A stretch of DNA of 56,801 bases from Candidatus Pacearchaeota archaeon (GCA_018304165.1 JAGVWS010000034.1:1-56801), one strand, 5' to 3'. Shown: positions 29,673-39,342, numbered from the stretch's first letter. Notes: generated by a model not told the origin, from the letters alone. Numbers and translations are program-made.

Positions 29673-29966
29673 TTACTTCACGACAAACAATTCTGAATCA
29701 TCAACATCAAAAATTCCCAGCTTTGAGCCGGTGTCAAGCCATCCGTGGGCGTAATTAAGGGCGGCGAAGGCATTGATGAAGTCGCCTTTCTTCCTGAAGA
29801 ATTCTGCATCACTAATATAACGCTCAGCCATGTCCAGAATCTTTGCAGATTCCTCCTTCCTTTCTTTATTTACAGTGCTCTTCGCTTTTTTCAGGGCGCG
29901 ATTTGAAATATCAAAGTACTTTGTTAGTTTTTCTGAAGTTATTTTGTCAGATGTATCGGGGGGCAT
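29673..29966 (-). CDS. DUF357 protein
   Basis: MAERYISDAEFF...GDFINAFAALNYAHGWLD. Confidence 0.9.
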   Translation of the reverse strand: MPPDTSDKITSEKLTKYFDISNRALKKAKSTVNKERKEESAKILDMAERYISDAEFFRKKGDFINAFAALNYAHGWLDTGSKLGIFDVDDSELFVVK

Positions 29967-30006
29967 GAAGAAGGGGGACAAATATACTTTATAAATCCCT
30001 ATTCAT

Positions 30007-32331
30007 ATGACATTAGTAAGAAAAATGACTGCAAAAAGGGGTTCTGGAAGAAAAAAGATTATAGTAATTATCGGAATTATTTCTATAATAATTCTTGCCT
30101 TCATGCTGGCAAGACCAGGAACATCCGGGCTTGCAATATATAATCTTGGCTCTTTCGATTCATCAAACTCCTTAACAAGCTGGTCTGAAAATGAGGCTGA
30201 CGGGGACGGAGATTTTGTCGATTATTCTGTTGATACTACAGCATATTATTCTGGAGGCGGAAGTCTGAGAGGAGCGAGCGAGAGAGGAGCCGGAAGGAAC
30301 TGGAGCGGAGAGTATTTGTATAAAGCAGCGCCGATAACGACGCCCCAGCAGAACAATGTTTATATTAATTTTTACTGGAGAAAGTCATATGATAACAGCA
30401 CGCCAAATTATCATAGAATGTACATTGCAATAAAGAGGCCTGATAATTCAAAACCAATAATATGGGAAGATTCTTCACAAACATGGAATTCATGGAATCA
30501 GGTATCAATAGAAGCATCAAATTATTTTAACCAGAATGGAAATTATGAAATCCAGCTGCACTGCGATTTAGTTAATGGAAATGCTACCGGCGATTCTCGG
30601 TCTCTGTGCTGGTATGATGAGTTTACAGTAGATGTGCAGAATGATTCGCAGGGCGGGGGCGGAGGAGCAAGTCCTGTGTTCTATTCTTATATTGAAAGCC
30701 CCGCCAATAATTCAGAGTACAGCCCTTCAATAACTTATGAATTTAAAGTTTCTGTGACAAACAGCGACGGAAGCGTATGGGCTGACTTTGATAATTTAAA
30801 CAGGACAATGGCTTCATATTCGGGGAATTCTTACAGGTTTCTCATTCCAAATCTGAGCGCAGGAATTCATTCATTTTATTACTGGGGATGGAGCGCCGGA
30901 ATTCCAAAGGCAAGGAATGCGAGCGAGAAAAGATATTATGAAGTGAAAAGAGCGGGCTCTGATGCCAAGATGATAATCAATGGCGTGAGGGGAAGTGCAG
31001 AAGCCATTAATGGAAGTTTGGTTTGCCTGTCTGCAGAAGCTCCTTATTACGCTGATGGCTTAAGGACATTATATGTTAATGGAGAGATATACGGAAACAT
31101 GAGCGGGAACTTTCAGAACTGCACAATTTTTAATAATTTTGGAAACTATAATGCCTCTGCTCATTGGGATGGCGGAACTAATTACGTCGGAGATTGGGAG
31201 GGATGGCAGCTGAAAATTGTCAGGGAGCAGGAGGCTTATTTAAGGCAGAATCCAATAATAAAGATTATTTCTCCTGAAAATAAAACATATCAAAGCGGAA
31301 CTAAGGAGATTAATTTTTCTCTAAAGTCAAGCATTGAACTCAAGGAATGCAGGTATTCTCTTGACGGAAGAGAATCTGCTGTAATGAACAAGACAAACTC
31401 AACAGATTTTGCAATTGAGAAGGTTGATGTTTCAGGTAAATTAAGCCATCAGGTTTTGTTTGTGTGCAAGGACAATTTCGGCAATGTTTACAATGTGCAG
31501 CCGCTGGTAATATTTAGCATTGACAAGGAAAGTGCAGTTGCTTCTGATGAGCCAGAAGAAGAGGAGCAGGAGAAGATTATTAATGAGGGCAGGAGCTGCT
31601 TTGCTGTGTGGAAGTGCACTCAATGGTCTGATTGTTCCGGCATATCTTATGATATAGGAGATGTGATTAAAGGAAGGATCAATGTTTCCGGGGAAAGAAG
31701 GAGGGTTTGTTACGACACTCAATTGTGCGAGAGCGCTAAAATAGAAAGAGAGAGGTGCGATATATCAATACCTGTGGAAACTAAAGCCGGGGAATGGTGC
31801 GGGGAGAATTATGTGGAAGTGTATGAGAAAGACGGAGGAAAGATTGTAAGCAGGGTAAGAGAGGAGAAGAGCGGGCTGGGAGACAGCAAGAGAAGGAGAG
31901 TTGATGTGGGGTTTGTAATCAGCGAGATTGGAGATTACTGCGATTATTGCTACAATGATATTAAGGATTTTGATGAAACAGGAATTGACTGCGGAGGGCA
32001 AAATTGCCCGAGCTGCTCTAAGATAACTTCAAATGCCATACTTTCCGGAAATCATGTTAAAGCAGCTCTGACTGCGCTTGAGATTGTTTTTGCAAGCGCG
32101 ATTTTGTCTTTCCTGTTTTATTGGTTCTTTGTAAGAAGATTGATGCATGATGAAGAAGAGGATATGTCTGAAGCTGACAAAGCAGCAGAATTGGTAAAAG
32201 GCGCTTTGGCCAAGGGATATTCAAAACAGCAGGTAATTGAGCTGTTCAGGAAGAAGAACTGGTCTGATTATGAAATAGATGAGATATTCAGGAGAATAGG
32301 AGAATCAAAAAATTCTGGCTCGGAGAGTTAG
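30007..32331 (+). CDS. Large membrane-anchored surface protein with Cys-rich modules
   Basis: N- and C-terminal TMs; WKCTQWSDC (TSP-like), CYNDIKDFDETGIDCGG..CPSC; KGYS...KNW cytoplasmic tail. Confidence 0.85.
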   Translation: MTLVRKMTAKRGSGRKKIIVIIGIISIIILAFMLARPGTSGLAIYNLGSFDSSNSLTSWSENEADGDGDFVDYSVDTTAYYSGGGSLRGASERGAGRNWSGEYLYKAAPITTPQQNNVYINFYWRKSYDNSTPNYHRMYIAIKRPDNSKPIIWEDSSQTWNSWNQVSIEASNYFNQNGNYEIQLHCDLVNGNATGDSRSLCWYDEFTVDVQNDSQGGGGGASPVFYSYIESPANNSEYSPSITYEFKVSVTNSDGSVWADFDNLNRTMASYSGNSYRFLIPNLSAGIHSFYYWGWSAGIPKARNASEKRYYEVKRAGSDAKMIINGVRGSAEAINGSLVCLSAEAPYYADGLRTLYVNGEIYGNMSGNFQNCTIFNNFGNYNASAHWDGGTNYVGDWEGWQLKIVREQEAYLRQNPIIKIISPENKTYQSGTKEINFSLKSSIELKECRYSLDGRESAVMNKTNSTDFAIEKVDVSGKLSHQVLFVCKDNFGNVYNVQPLVIFSIDKESAVASDEPEEEEQEKIINEGRSCFAVWKCTQWSDCSGISYDIGDVIKGRINVSGERRRVCYDTQLCESAKIERERCDISIPVETKAGEWCGENYVEVYEKDGGKIVSRVREEKSGLGDSKRRRVDVGFVISEIGDYCDYCYNDIKDFDETGIDCGGQNCPSCSKITSNAILSGNHVKAALTALEIVFASAILSFLFYWFFVRRLMHDEEEDMSEADKAAELVKGALAKGYSKQQVIELFRKKNWSDYEIDEIFRRIGESKNSGSES

Positions 32332-32421
32332 TAATTAGTTGATAATCTCTTGTGAATGTTCAGCTAAAGTTAAGTTGATAATATATCGTGAATGCTTAGA
32401 AGCCATTAAAATTAAAATAAC

Positions 32422-32514
32422 AATGCATGTTGAACATTATTGATAATTATTATTCAAACTTATTTCTAAACTTAAGTTGATGATGCATGTTGAACATTAT
32501 TGATAATTATTATT
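32422..32514. repeat. 60-bp-period tandem repeat related to the 29.4-kb repeat
   Basis: ATGCATGTTGAACATTATTGATAATTATTATT twice, 60 bp apart. Confidence 0.85.
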
Positions 32515-32593
32515 AAAGATATTAGCTGAATTATTTTCTAGATACCTCATAGCTTGCTATATATAGAATGTTCATCTGATTTTAATTCTACTA

Positions 32594-33127
32594 TCAATTT
32601 AAATCAAGCTTTGATTCTTCTATCAGCTCTTCGGGGTTCAGATAGCGCGTTATTGCGAAACGGCTTCCTGCAAAGTCAGAGATGACTGCAGTAATCTCAA
32701 GGTTTTTATAAGAAGAATTAAAAACTCCTTCTGAAGGTCTGGTTTTTGAAGCGCTGGCAAATTCTTCTATTATCCTCTTTATTTCCTCTTCGTTCAGAGG
32801 CACGGGAATAATATCTGTTTTATTTGGTTTTTTTGTGAGCAGGAATTTATTAGGGCCGGGGCATTCTATTGCATATATTTCCCTGTCTTTGAGAAGCTCG
32901 TTTAGTTCTCCCAAATTTAATTCACCATTATAGATGCTTTGGTGTATGTTTATCTGAGCATCAATATTTTTTTTAGCAGGTGTTTCTTCTGTTGCTTCTA
33001 AGTGTTTTGCTAAATACCTTAATCTGTTGGTTCTTCTGCTAATGCTCTTATTATTGTCTACGCTAACCAGTATCTCTCTTGTAAATTCCCTTAGAAAGAG
33101 CCATGCCTGTTCTTTTTCAGTGAGCAT
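32594..33127 (-). CDS. Hypothetical protein resembling the N-domain of type II/IV secretion ATPases
   Basis: LGELNELLKDREIYAIECPGP...LNEEEIKRIIEEFA...GSRFAI; no Walker A. Confidence 0.6.
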   Translation of the reverse strand: MLTEKEQAWLFLREFTREILVSVDNNKSISRRTNRLRYLAKHLEATEETPAKKNIDAQINIHQSIYNGELNLGELNELLKDREIYAIECPGPNKFLLTKKPNKTDIIPVPLNEEEIKRIIEEFASASKTRPSEGVFNSSYKNLEITAVISDFAGSRFAITRYLNPEELIEESKLDLN

Positions 33128-33267
33128 AATTATACCTGTAGATTGATATACTTAAAGTTTTGCAATTTATGATTTGTCAAGAATACATAACTAATTTAAA
33201 TAGCACTTATAGCAGAGGCAAATAATACTCTTAATAACTAGTTAGCCTTAGCACCTATCCTTATATG

Positions 33268-33321
33268 TCAGAATCGTTAGATTCTGAGCATGCTCAAAAA
33301 CTAACTCCAAAGTTTTTGACA
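33268..33321 (-). repeat. REP-like twin-hairpin element (variant)
   Basis: Minus strand TGTCAAAAACT..AGTTTTTGA-GCATGC-TCAGAATC..GATTCTGA. Confidence 0.7.
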
Positions 33322-33501
33322 GGCAAGGGTTAGATTGTTTTGTAGTTGATAAATTACCTATAGCTAACCCTATGCGGATAGACTCTTAGCACATGCATGC
33401 AACTTATAACTGCCCTTTAATATTTATTAGTAAATTAAAATTTATTTTTACAGCTAAATCTGGTACCAAGTTATCACAATCATCAATGTTAATTAATAGT
33501 A

Positions 33502-34077
33502 TTAAACCTTCGGGAGTTTTCTGTCAAATCCAGATCCTGAAATTTCAGAGTTTTCCCGGGATTCTTCCATCTCTTTGCCTTCCCTGCCTCTTGTTTCAAG
33601 GCTGGCTGAGAATTCCTGCCTCTGTCTAAGCATGGGATTGCTGAATCTCGGCTGGCTTTGCATGCTTTGGGGCTGGACTGAAGGCAATTGCTGGGAGACG
33701 CCTCCATATAACTTTTCTTTTAAGTCATCTCCCAGAAGAGACAAGCCTTTGGCAATTGTTTTATTTTGGTCGAGAAGAGTGTTTAATTTGTTGAGGAATT
33801 CTGCCTCTTTCTGGAGGTCGCCGCCAGCACCCATGCCTCCTGAAGAACTGAAGTTTCTTTCTGCGAAGCTTTTGGCGGATAATTCAAATATCTGGAGAAG
33901 CTTTGATATCTGGCCTGAAAGGAGCTCTAGTTTTTCAGCATTCCTTGCCATTACTCTCTGAAGGCTTACAAAGTTTTCCACAAGAGCCCTGTTAAGATGC
34001 TCTGCACCGGAGCTTGAGAAATGCGCGCTGCGATGTCTTGCAGAACTGCTGCCGGATTTCCTCTTTTTTGCAGGCAT
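33502..34077 (-). CDS. Hypothetical coiled-coil protein
   Basis: 191-aa ORF; ENFVSLQRVM...LLDQNKTIAKGL. Confidence 0.8.
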   Translation of the reverse strand: MPAKKRKSGSSSARHRSAHFSSSGAEHLNRALVENFVSLQRVMARNAEKLELLSGQISKLLQIFELSAKSFAERNFSSSGGMGAGGDLQKEAEFLNKLNTLLDQNKTIAKGLSLLGDDLKEKLYGGVSQQLPSVQPQSMQSQPRFSNPMLRQRQEFSASLETRGREGKEMEESRENSEISGSGFDRKLPKV

Positions 34078-34160
34078 ATTTTAGACAGGAAGGAGATGTT
34101 TAAAAATCTTTGGAATTCAGATTTTTAAGCCACGAGATTTCTTCGAGAAATCTCGATGTT

Positions 34161-34219
34161 TATAAACTTTTCAGATGAGGGGATTTGTTGAATAATTGTA
34201 TAAACTTTTCAGATGAGGG
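34161..34219. repeat. 21-bp direct repeat
   Basis: TATAAACTTTTCAGATGAGGG at 34161 and 34199. Confidence 0.8.
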
Positions 34220-34227
34220 TGTTTAAA

Positions 34228-35088
34228 TTATTTATAATAAACGCCGAAGCACCTTTGTGAAATTAATGGATTATTTCTGTTGTTAGTCCGCGTCCTTTTT
34301 AATGCCTCCAGCAAACCGCTGTCTCTGCTGACAACAACCACCTTCTCATCTCTTCTTCTCATGTCGCGGGCAAAGTACATTCCAGTAGCTATTAAATCCT
34401 TGTTAACATCTGATAATTCCATGTCAGAAGAATTGTCATCAATTATTCTTAATAATTCTGACCTCTCTGCGTCCGGAATTACTATTACTCTGTTCTGATA
34501 ATCACTTTCAAAAGCGGAAACTATCCTGTCATAGAAGTTGTAGAGTTTGCACATCTCGGAGGCAACTTCTCTATGTTTATCGCCCCTCATTTTAAGGCGC
34601 CTTCTGGTGCCTAGTAGATATTTGATAAGACGCCTCGTTTCATTTAAAACTCCCTGAGTTGTGTAGACAATATCCCTGTTAGCGGCTGCTTCAAGCAGGG
34701 CAGAGAATTCTCTAAATTCATTTAAAGCAATCTTTCTGAATGCTTTAGCTCTGTCTTCGTTAACCATTAAATAAGTTGCAATCAAAAACCACTTTATTCA
34801 GATATCGGGAAGTTTGTTAAGATGACTTGTAAATATGGGGCTAATAGCGCTGCTGTCAAAAAAATACGATGCTCCTTTATTTTGAATTATCCTTCGGAAC
34901 CTATTGGGCTGGTATCTCTCGTCAGGGACTTGCTCCATGCCTCTTCTGTAATTCATAGGAATATAGGAAGGAAGAGCTGAATTTGGTCTAAACTTGATTA
35001 TCTCTGGTACATCTCCAAACATTCTTGAGAACTCGTTCTCTAAAATATCTATTCTGTGGTTTCTATTTAAAACTTCCGGCGCTTCCAT
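34228..35088 (-). pseudogene. PIN-like protein split by one in-frame TGA (34798-34800)
   Basis: YFFDSSAI in the upstream ORF; TTQGVLNE, LSDVNKDLI, VVSRD in the downstream ORF; same reading frame. Confidence 0.65.
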
Positions 35089-35150
35089 CAGTTTTTCAGA
35101 AAAGAATCCTTTATAATTATTTATCTGTTATTATACACTATTATAAACTA

Positions 35151-35241
35151 TGGGCCTAGGAGGAATCGAACCCCCATCTGACGGTCACTCCGTTTTTTTG
35201 AAACGCTGGAGCCGTCTATTCTGCCGTTGAAATATAGACCC
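35151..35241 (-). tRNA. tRNA-Trp(CCA) with 20-nt intron at 37/38 (35186-35205)
   Basis: GACGG-CTCCAG|CGTTTCAAAAAAACGGAGTG|A-CCGTC forms a canonical bulge-helix-bulge. Confidence 0.95.
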
Positions 35242-35295
35242 CGACAAGTAATCATTGCTGATAGAACTTAAAAACCTTGCTAACATATTATTTTT

Positions 35296-35694
35296 ATGAA
35301 TATCATTATCTTAGACACAAACTTTATAATAACGTGCGCGAAGCAGAAAATTTATTTTGAGGAGGAGATAAAAGAGCTGATACCGACGGCAGAGATAGTA
35401 GTGCCTCTGCAGGTTAAGAATGAGCTGAGAAGAATAACTGAAGGAAGAACAGGAGCAAATTATAATGACAGAAGAAATGCCGAGCTGGCTCTGCGGTTAA
35501 TCTCTAAATTCAGGGAAATAAAACTAAAAGGAAAGTATGTTGATAATGGAATAGTTGAGCATTGCGGGAGAAATACAGATAGTAAAAGCGATAAAATCTT
35601 CGTGGCGACCATTGATGCCAGGCTTGCAAGGAAGGTTAAAAGCATTGCTAATGTAATAAAGATTAGGAAGATGAAGAAATTAATGATAGAGTAA
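35296..35694 (+). CDS. PIN-domain protein (Fcf1/Utp24-like)
   Basis: IILDTNF, VKNEL, VDNGI, VATID; conserved position before rpo7. Confidence 0.9.
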   Translation: MNIIILDTNFIITCAKQKIYFEEEIKELIPTAEIVVPLQVKNELRRITEGRTGANYNDRRNAELALRLISKFREIKLKGKYVDNGIVEHCGRNTDSKSDKIFVATIDARLARKVKSIANVIKIRKMKKLMIE

Positions 35695-35725
35695 TCTTTA
35701 AAAAGGTGTTTTTGTCTTATTCTTT

Positions 35726-36337
35726 ATGTTCTATCTGGCTGAAGTTGAGGATTATATAAGAGTTGAGCCGAGGCTCTTCGGGCTTGATACTCAGGAGGCC
35801 GTAAGACAGCAGCTTAGGATTACTTATTCAGGATTTGTGAATAAAGAGCTTGGGTATGTTGTCTCGGTTGTGGGCGTTCTTAATGTGCAGGAGGGGGTTG
35901 TAATACCCGGAGATGGGGCTGTTTATTATAACTCAAAGTTTAAGATGCTTGTGTGGAAGCCCGAGCTTCAGGAGCTTGTTTATTGCATTGTCAAAGAAGT
36001 TGCTAATTTTGGGGCATTTATGAATATGAGTGTTATTGATGGATTGATGCATGTAACACAGGTAACTGATGATTATGTAAGCTTTTCAAAATCGGGCTCT
36101 TTAACTTCAAGGTCTGGAAAAAAAAGTCTTAAGAAAGGGGACTTGTGCCTGGCGAGGATTGTCGCTATAAGCTACAAAGCCGGCGAGCCAAAGATGAGCC
36201 TTACTATGAGGCAGCCAGGGCTTGGAAAACTGGAATGGATTAAGGAAGAAAAGAGAAAGGCGAAGACAAAGCCTTCAAAGAATGAAGGGGAAGAAAGAGA
36301 AGGAAAAACAAGCAAGTCTAAGAAAAAGAAAGAATAA
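35726..36337 (+). CDS. rpo7: RNA polymerase subunit Rpo7 (RpoE')
   Basis: EGVVIPGDGAVY, FGAFM...DGLMHVTQ, LTMRQPGLGKLEWI. Confidence 0.96.
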   Translation: MFYLAEVEDYIRVEPRLFGLDTQEAVRQQLRITYSGFVNKELGYVVSVVGVLNVQEGVVIPGDGAVYYNSKFKMLVWKPELQELVYCIVKEVANFGAFMNMSVIDGLMHVTQVTDDYVSFSKSGSLTSRSGKKSLKKGDLCLARIVAISYKAGEPKMSLTMRQPGLGKLEWIKEEKRKAKTKPSKNEGEEREGKTSKSKKKKE

Positions 36338-36378
36338 ATTGAAGAGAGAACAGGAAAGAATAATAAAGGATATATAAA

Positions 36379-36567
36379 ATGTCACAGAAGAAAGCCTGCA
36401 AAAATTGCAGGAGAATTTATGAAGAGCAGGCATGTCCTAATTGCAGCAGCAATGATTCAACAAAAGAATACAAGGGAGTGGTTGTGATTTTTGATCCGCA
36501 GAATTCTGAAATAGCCAAGAATATGAAGATAGACAAGGCGGGCGAGTATGCTATAAAGGCAAGGTAA
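36379..36567 (+). CDS. spt4: Transcription elongation factor Spt4 (RpoE'')
   Basis: KACKNC...CPNC...DPQNSEIAK...GEYAIK. Confidence 0.95.
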   Translation: MSQKKACKNCRRIYEEQACPNCSSNDSTKEYKGVVVIFDPQNSEIAKNMKIDKAGEYAIKAR

Positions 36568-36645
36568 GAATAATATGAAAAAAGCAATTATAGTTACAAA
36601 TAAGACTACTAACAAAAAAGCCAAAAGTCAATTGTAATAGATAAT

Positions 36646-36945
36646 ATGGAAAACTTTAAAGTTGTCAGAGAATTTGAGAATAAATTATTAAATTTCAGGG
36701 AAGTAGAAGCTACTTCCAGCTTCTCCAGGACTCCCTCCAAGCAGGAAGTTGTGGCGATGTTTTGTAAAAAATACAATTCTAATGAAGAGTGCTGTGTTGT
36801 CAAGAAGATTTACGGCAATTTTGGGACATCCACTTTTACGATTGTTGTCAGAATTTATCCTGATAAAGAGTCAAGGGATAAAATTGAAAAGAAGAAAGTA
36901 AATGGCAAGAGTTCGCCGGCTCCGGCGAAGGAAGCAGGAAAATAA
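36646..36945 (+). CDS. rps24e: 30S ribosomal protein S24e
   Basis: ENKLLNFREV, TPSKQEV, VKKIYGNFG; synteny. Confidence 0.9.
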   Translation: MENFKVVREFENKLLNFREVEATSSFSRTPSKQEVVAMFCKKYNSNEECCVVKKIYGNFGTSTFTIVVRIYPDKESRDKIEKKKVNGKSSPAPAKEAGK

Positions 36946-36961
36946 AAATTTAACAAGCAAA

Positions 36962-37237
36962 ATGGCAGGAAGAGAAGAAAAGAAAGAAGAGAAGAAGGAA
37001 AAAAAGGTGCATGTTTCAAAAGGCAAGCGCAAGAAGAAAAAACATGCTTTAAGCAGGAAGTACAAGATGTATACTATTCAGGGAGACAAGGTAGTTGCAC
37101 GAAAAAGACACTGCCCGAGGTGCGGGCCTGGAATCTTTCTGGCAGCTGCGCAGAACAGGGCTTTTTGCGGGAAGTGCGCTTATACAGAGTTTGCAAGTTC
37201 AACGGCTGCAGCAACAACTGCGGCGGGGAAGAAGTGA
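36962..37237 (+). CDS. rps27ae: 30S ribosomal protein S27ae
   Basis: CPRCGPGIFLA...RAFCGKCAYTE; start placed at ATG 36962 after the rps24e stop. Confidence 0.95.
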   Translation: MAGREEKKEEKKEKKVHVSKGKRKKKKHALSRKYKMYTIQGDKVVARKRHCPRCGPGIFLAAAQNRAFCGKCAYTEFASSTAAATTAAGKK

Positions 37238-37368
37238 CTATTTACAGATAATAATTAGAATGATTGGTCGTTTTCCGGATCAACTTTTAGAAATTCACTT
37301 CAATAACACCATCAACTTAAAATGGCTTATTATGCATTATTGGCTGTAGGGAATTATTTATTTTCTTA

Positions 37369-37513
37369 TAGATAATTCCCTTGATTATAGTACTTTCTTT
37401 GGAATTATCTATCACGGGACTGAGAAAACCTTCGGTTGTCAAGATGCTGAAGATGTTGCATCTTGAACACACTCAAGAACTCACGTTCTTGCTACAATTA
37501 TCAGAATTCACGA
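37369..37513. mobile_element. MITE lineage 1 with internal REP-like module
   Basis: Nearly identical to 19957-20088, with the full right end of the 8085 copy; TA flanks. Confidence 0.87.
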
Positions 37514-37542
37514 TAACTATAATCAAAATTATTTTAGTCGCG

Positions 37543-38562
37543 CTAGCTTGCTGTTCCTAGAAAATAATTTTTGTCTTTGTCCTTGCTGTCAAATAAGACG
37601 CTTAAACTTTGGCCTGTAATGTCCCTGTAAATAGCTTCGCCAAACAGCGAAACAAGGCTTATAATTTCTATATTTAAATCGCCATTTTTTTCAACATTGA
37701 GGGTATCAGAGACAAATATTTTATCAAAACCACTTAAAGCCTTTGTACCTTTGCTGAATATTCCATGAGTGCCATAAGCACTGACATTTTTAGCGCCCCT
37801 CCTCTTAAGTTCTTCAAGAGTCATGAGCAAAGTTCCTCCGCTGTCAATTATATCATCAACAATGAGGCAGTTTTTGTCTTCAACTTCTCCTATTATTCTT
37901 ACTTCTTCTACTTTTCCAGCTTCTTTTCTTGTTTTGTAGCCGATGGCTACTTCCGGCTTGAAACCATACCTCTCAAATCTTTCAGAAAAATCAACGGCTC
38001 TCTTGGCGCCTCCAGCATCAGGGGAAACTATAATTAAATTGTTTAAAATCTCCTTATGATTTTTTACTATATAATCAACAACACTTGGAGCGCTGGATAA
38101 TTCATCACAGGGGATTTCAAAGAAGCTGCTGGTTGTTGAATTGTGCAAATCAACAGTCATAATTCTATCAGCATATTGGGAAATCATCTTAGCCAGGGCT
38201 TTCATATTAACGCTGACTCTGCTTTCATCTTTTCTGTCCTGGCGGGCGAAGCGGGTGTAAGGGATAATAACATTGACCTCATTTTTTGAGGAGAAACGCA
38301 TTGCCTGAATCGCAAATTCCAGCTGAACATACCAATCAGCGGGGTTATTGTTAGAATCATGTATAAAGCAGCACCTTCTTCCCCTTATATTATCCTTAAT
38401 TCTTACCTTAAATTCCCCATCTTTAAACTTCTTAACTTCCATATCAATAAGTTTGATGTCAAAATCTCTTCCAGGCCTCTCTGAAATATTATTATAAATG
38501 CCCTTTGCAAAACTATACCCCCTGCCATTTGGATCTGCTATTATTGCAACACCCTTTTCCAT
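37543..38562 (-). CDS. prs: Ribose-phosphate pyrophosphokinase
   Basis: FKDGE, PYTRFARQDR, VDLH, VSPDAGG, VDDIIDSGGT, THGIF. Confidence 0.96.
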   Translation of the reverse strand: MEKGVAIIADPNGRGYSFAKGIYNNISERPGRDFDIKLIDMEVKKFKDGEFKVRIKDNIRGRRCCFIHDSNNNPADWYVQLEFAIQAMRFSSKNEVNVIIPYTRFARQDRKDESRVSVNMKALAKMISQYADRIMTVDLHNSTTSSFFEIPCDELSSAPSVVDYIVKNHKEILNNLIIVSPDAGGAKRAVDFSERFERYGFKPEVAIGYKTRKEAGKVEEVRIIGEVEDKNCLIVDDIIDSGGTLLMTLEELKRRGAKNVSAYGTHGIFSKGTKALSGFDKIFVSDTLNVEKNGDLNIEIISLVSLFGEAIYRDITGQSLSVLFDSKDKDKNYFLGTAS

Positions 38563-38738
38563 GAAATAAAAAATAATACCATCTATTTAAGGATTATTGG
38601 GGTAGGAAAATAAATGAAAATGAAAACACGGGGCAACTTACATAATAAATGCCGATTTTCCGTGAAAGATTAAATCTTTTTTTTGTTTTAAATATAAAAT
38701 TCTTAAAAAGTTAAGCGGTCGTTTCAAACAGTGCCAGA

Positions 38739-38791
38739 TGTCAAGATGCTGGATTTGCATCTTGAACACTATCAAGATTTAACAATCTTGA
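38739..38791 (+). repeat. REP-like twin-hairpin element
   Basis: TGTCAAGATGC..GCATCTTGA-ACACTA-TCAAGATT..AATCTTGA. Confidence 0.8.
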
Positions 38792-38861
38792 AGTTTTAGA
38801 CAGGGTTGTTTTATAGCTCAACTCTTTTTGAATTATCAAATCGATTGACTATGACTCTTTT

Positions 38862-39065
38862 TATCACCTCGCCTCTAGTTAGCCCAGAATTATTGCGAGA
38901 TAATAACTGTTCATCCTCTTGCGTTTTAAAACCCTGGAAGTGTAAGGCACCTAAGGTTCCTTGCTAACAACCTCCTAGATTTCAACTAATTTTAAAACCC
39001 TGGAAGAGGCTCTTTGGCGATAAATTAGTATGCCTGAAGCCTCTTCTGGGTAAAAAGAGGTGATA
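38862..39065 (-). ncRNA. Candidate ~205-nt structured RNA
   Basis: Terminal helix TATCACCTC/GAGGTGATA, long internal hairpin, two 17-nt repeats, BRE-TATA at 39100-39086. Confidence 0.5.
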
Positions 39066-39170
39066 GTAATTGTAAGGATTCAGGGTATTTAAACCTTTTG
39101 GTTGAACGTCACTATATAATGATAACAAAATTATCTTGCTGAATTTCTTTTAACCTGCTAACAATGCTGA

Positions 39171-39342
39171 TAATGGTTAACTCAAGGTTTAAAAATCTTT
39201 TACTAAAGCGTGAGATTTTTAGACCTCTTGTCAACAATACTTAATGGTTAACTCAAAGTTTAAAAATCTTTTACTAAAGCGTGAGATTTTTAGACCTCTC
39301 GTCAACAATACTTAATGGTTAACTCAAGGTTTAGAAATTTTT
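39171..39342. repeat. 71-bp tandem repeat (about 2.4 copies) with internal palindrome
   Basis: Units start at 39171, 39242, 39313; AGGTTTAAAAATCT...AGATTTTTAGACCT hairpin. Confidence 0.9.

Noticed and set aside
34798..34800. Genome-wide TGA reassignment
   Set aside because: cysS, rpl31e, rps27ae and scpA end at TGA at the expected positions
38924..39006. 17-bp repeats as ORB boxes or a mini-CRISPR
   Set aside because: Only two copies, weak resemblance to ORB (TTCCAG only), and no orc1/cdc6 nearby
38862..39065. RNase P RNA or SRP RNA
   Set aside because: Conserved P4 and helix-8 signature sequences are not recognisable; kept only as an unknown RNA candidate
39171..39342. Possible CRISPR array
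   Set aside because: Whole 71-bp units are near-identical with no unique spacers; no cas1/cas2 in the window
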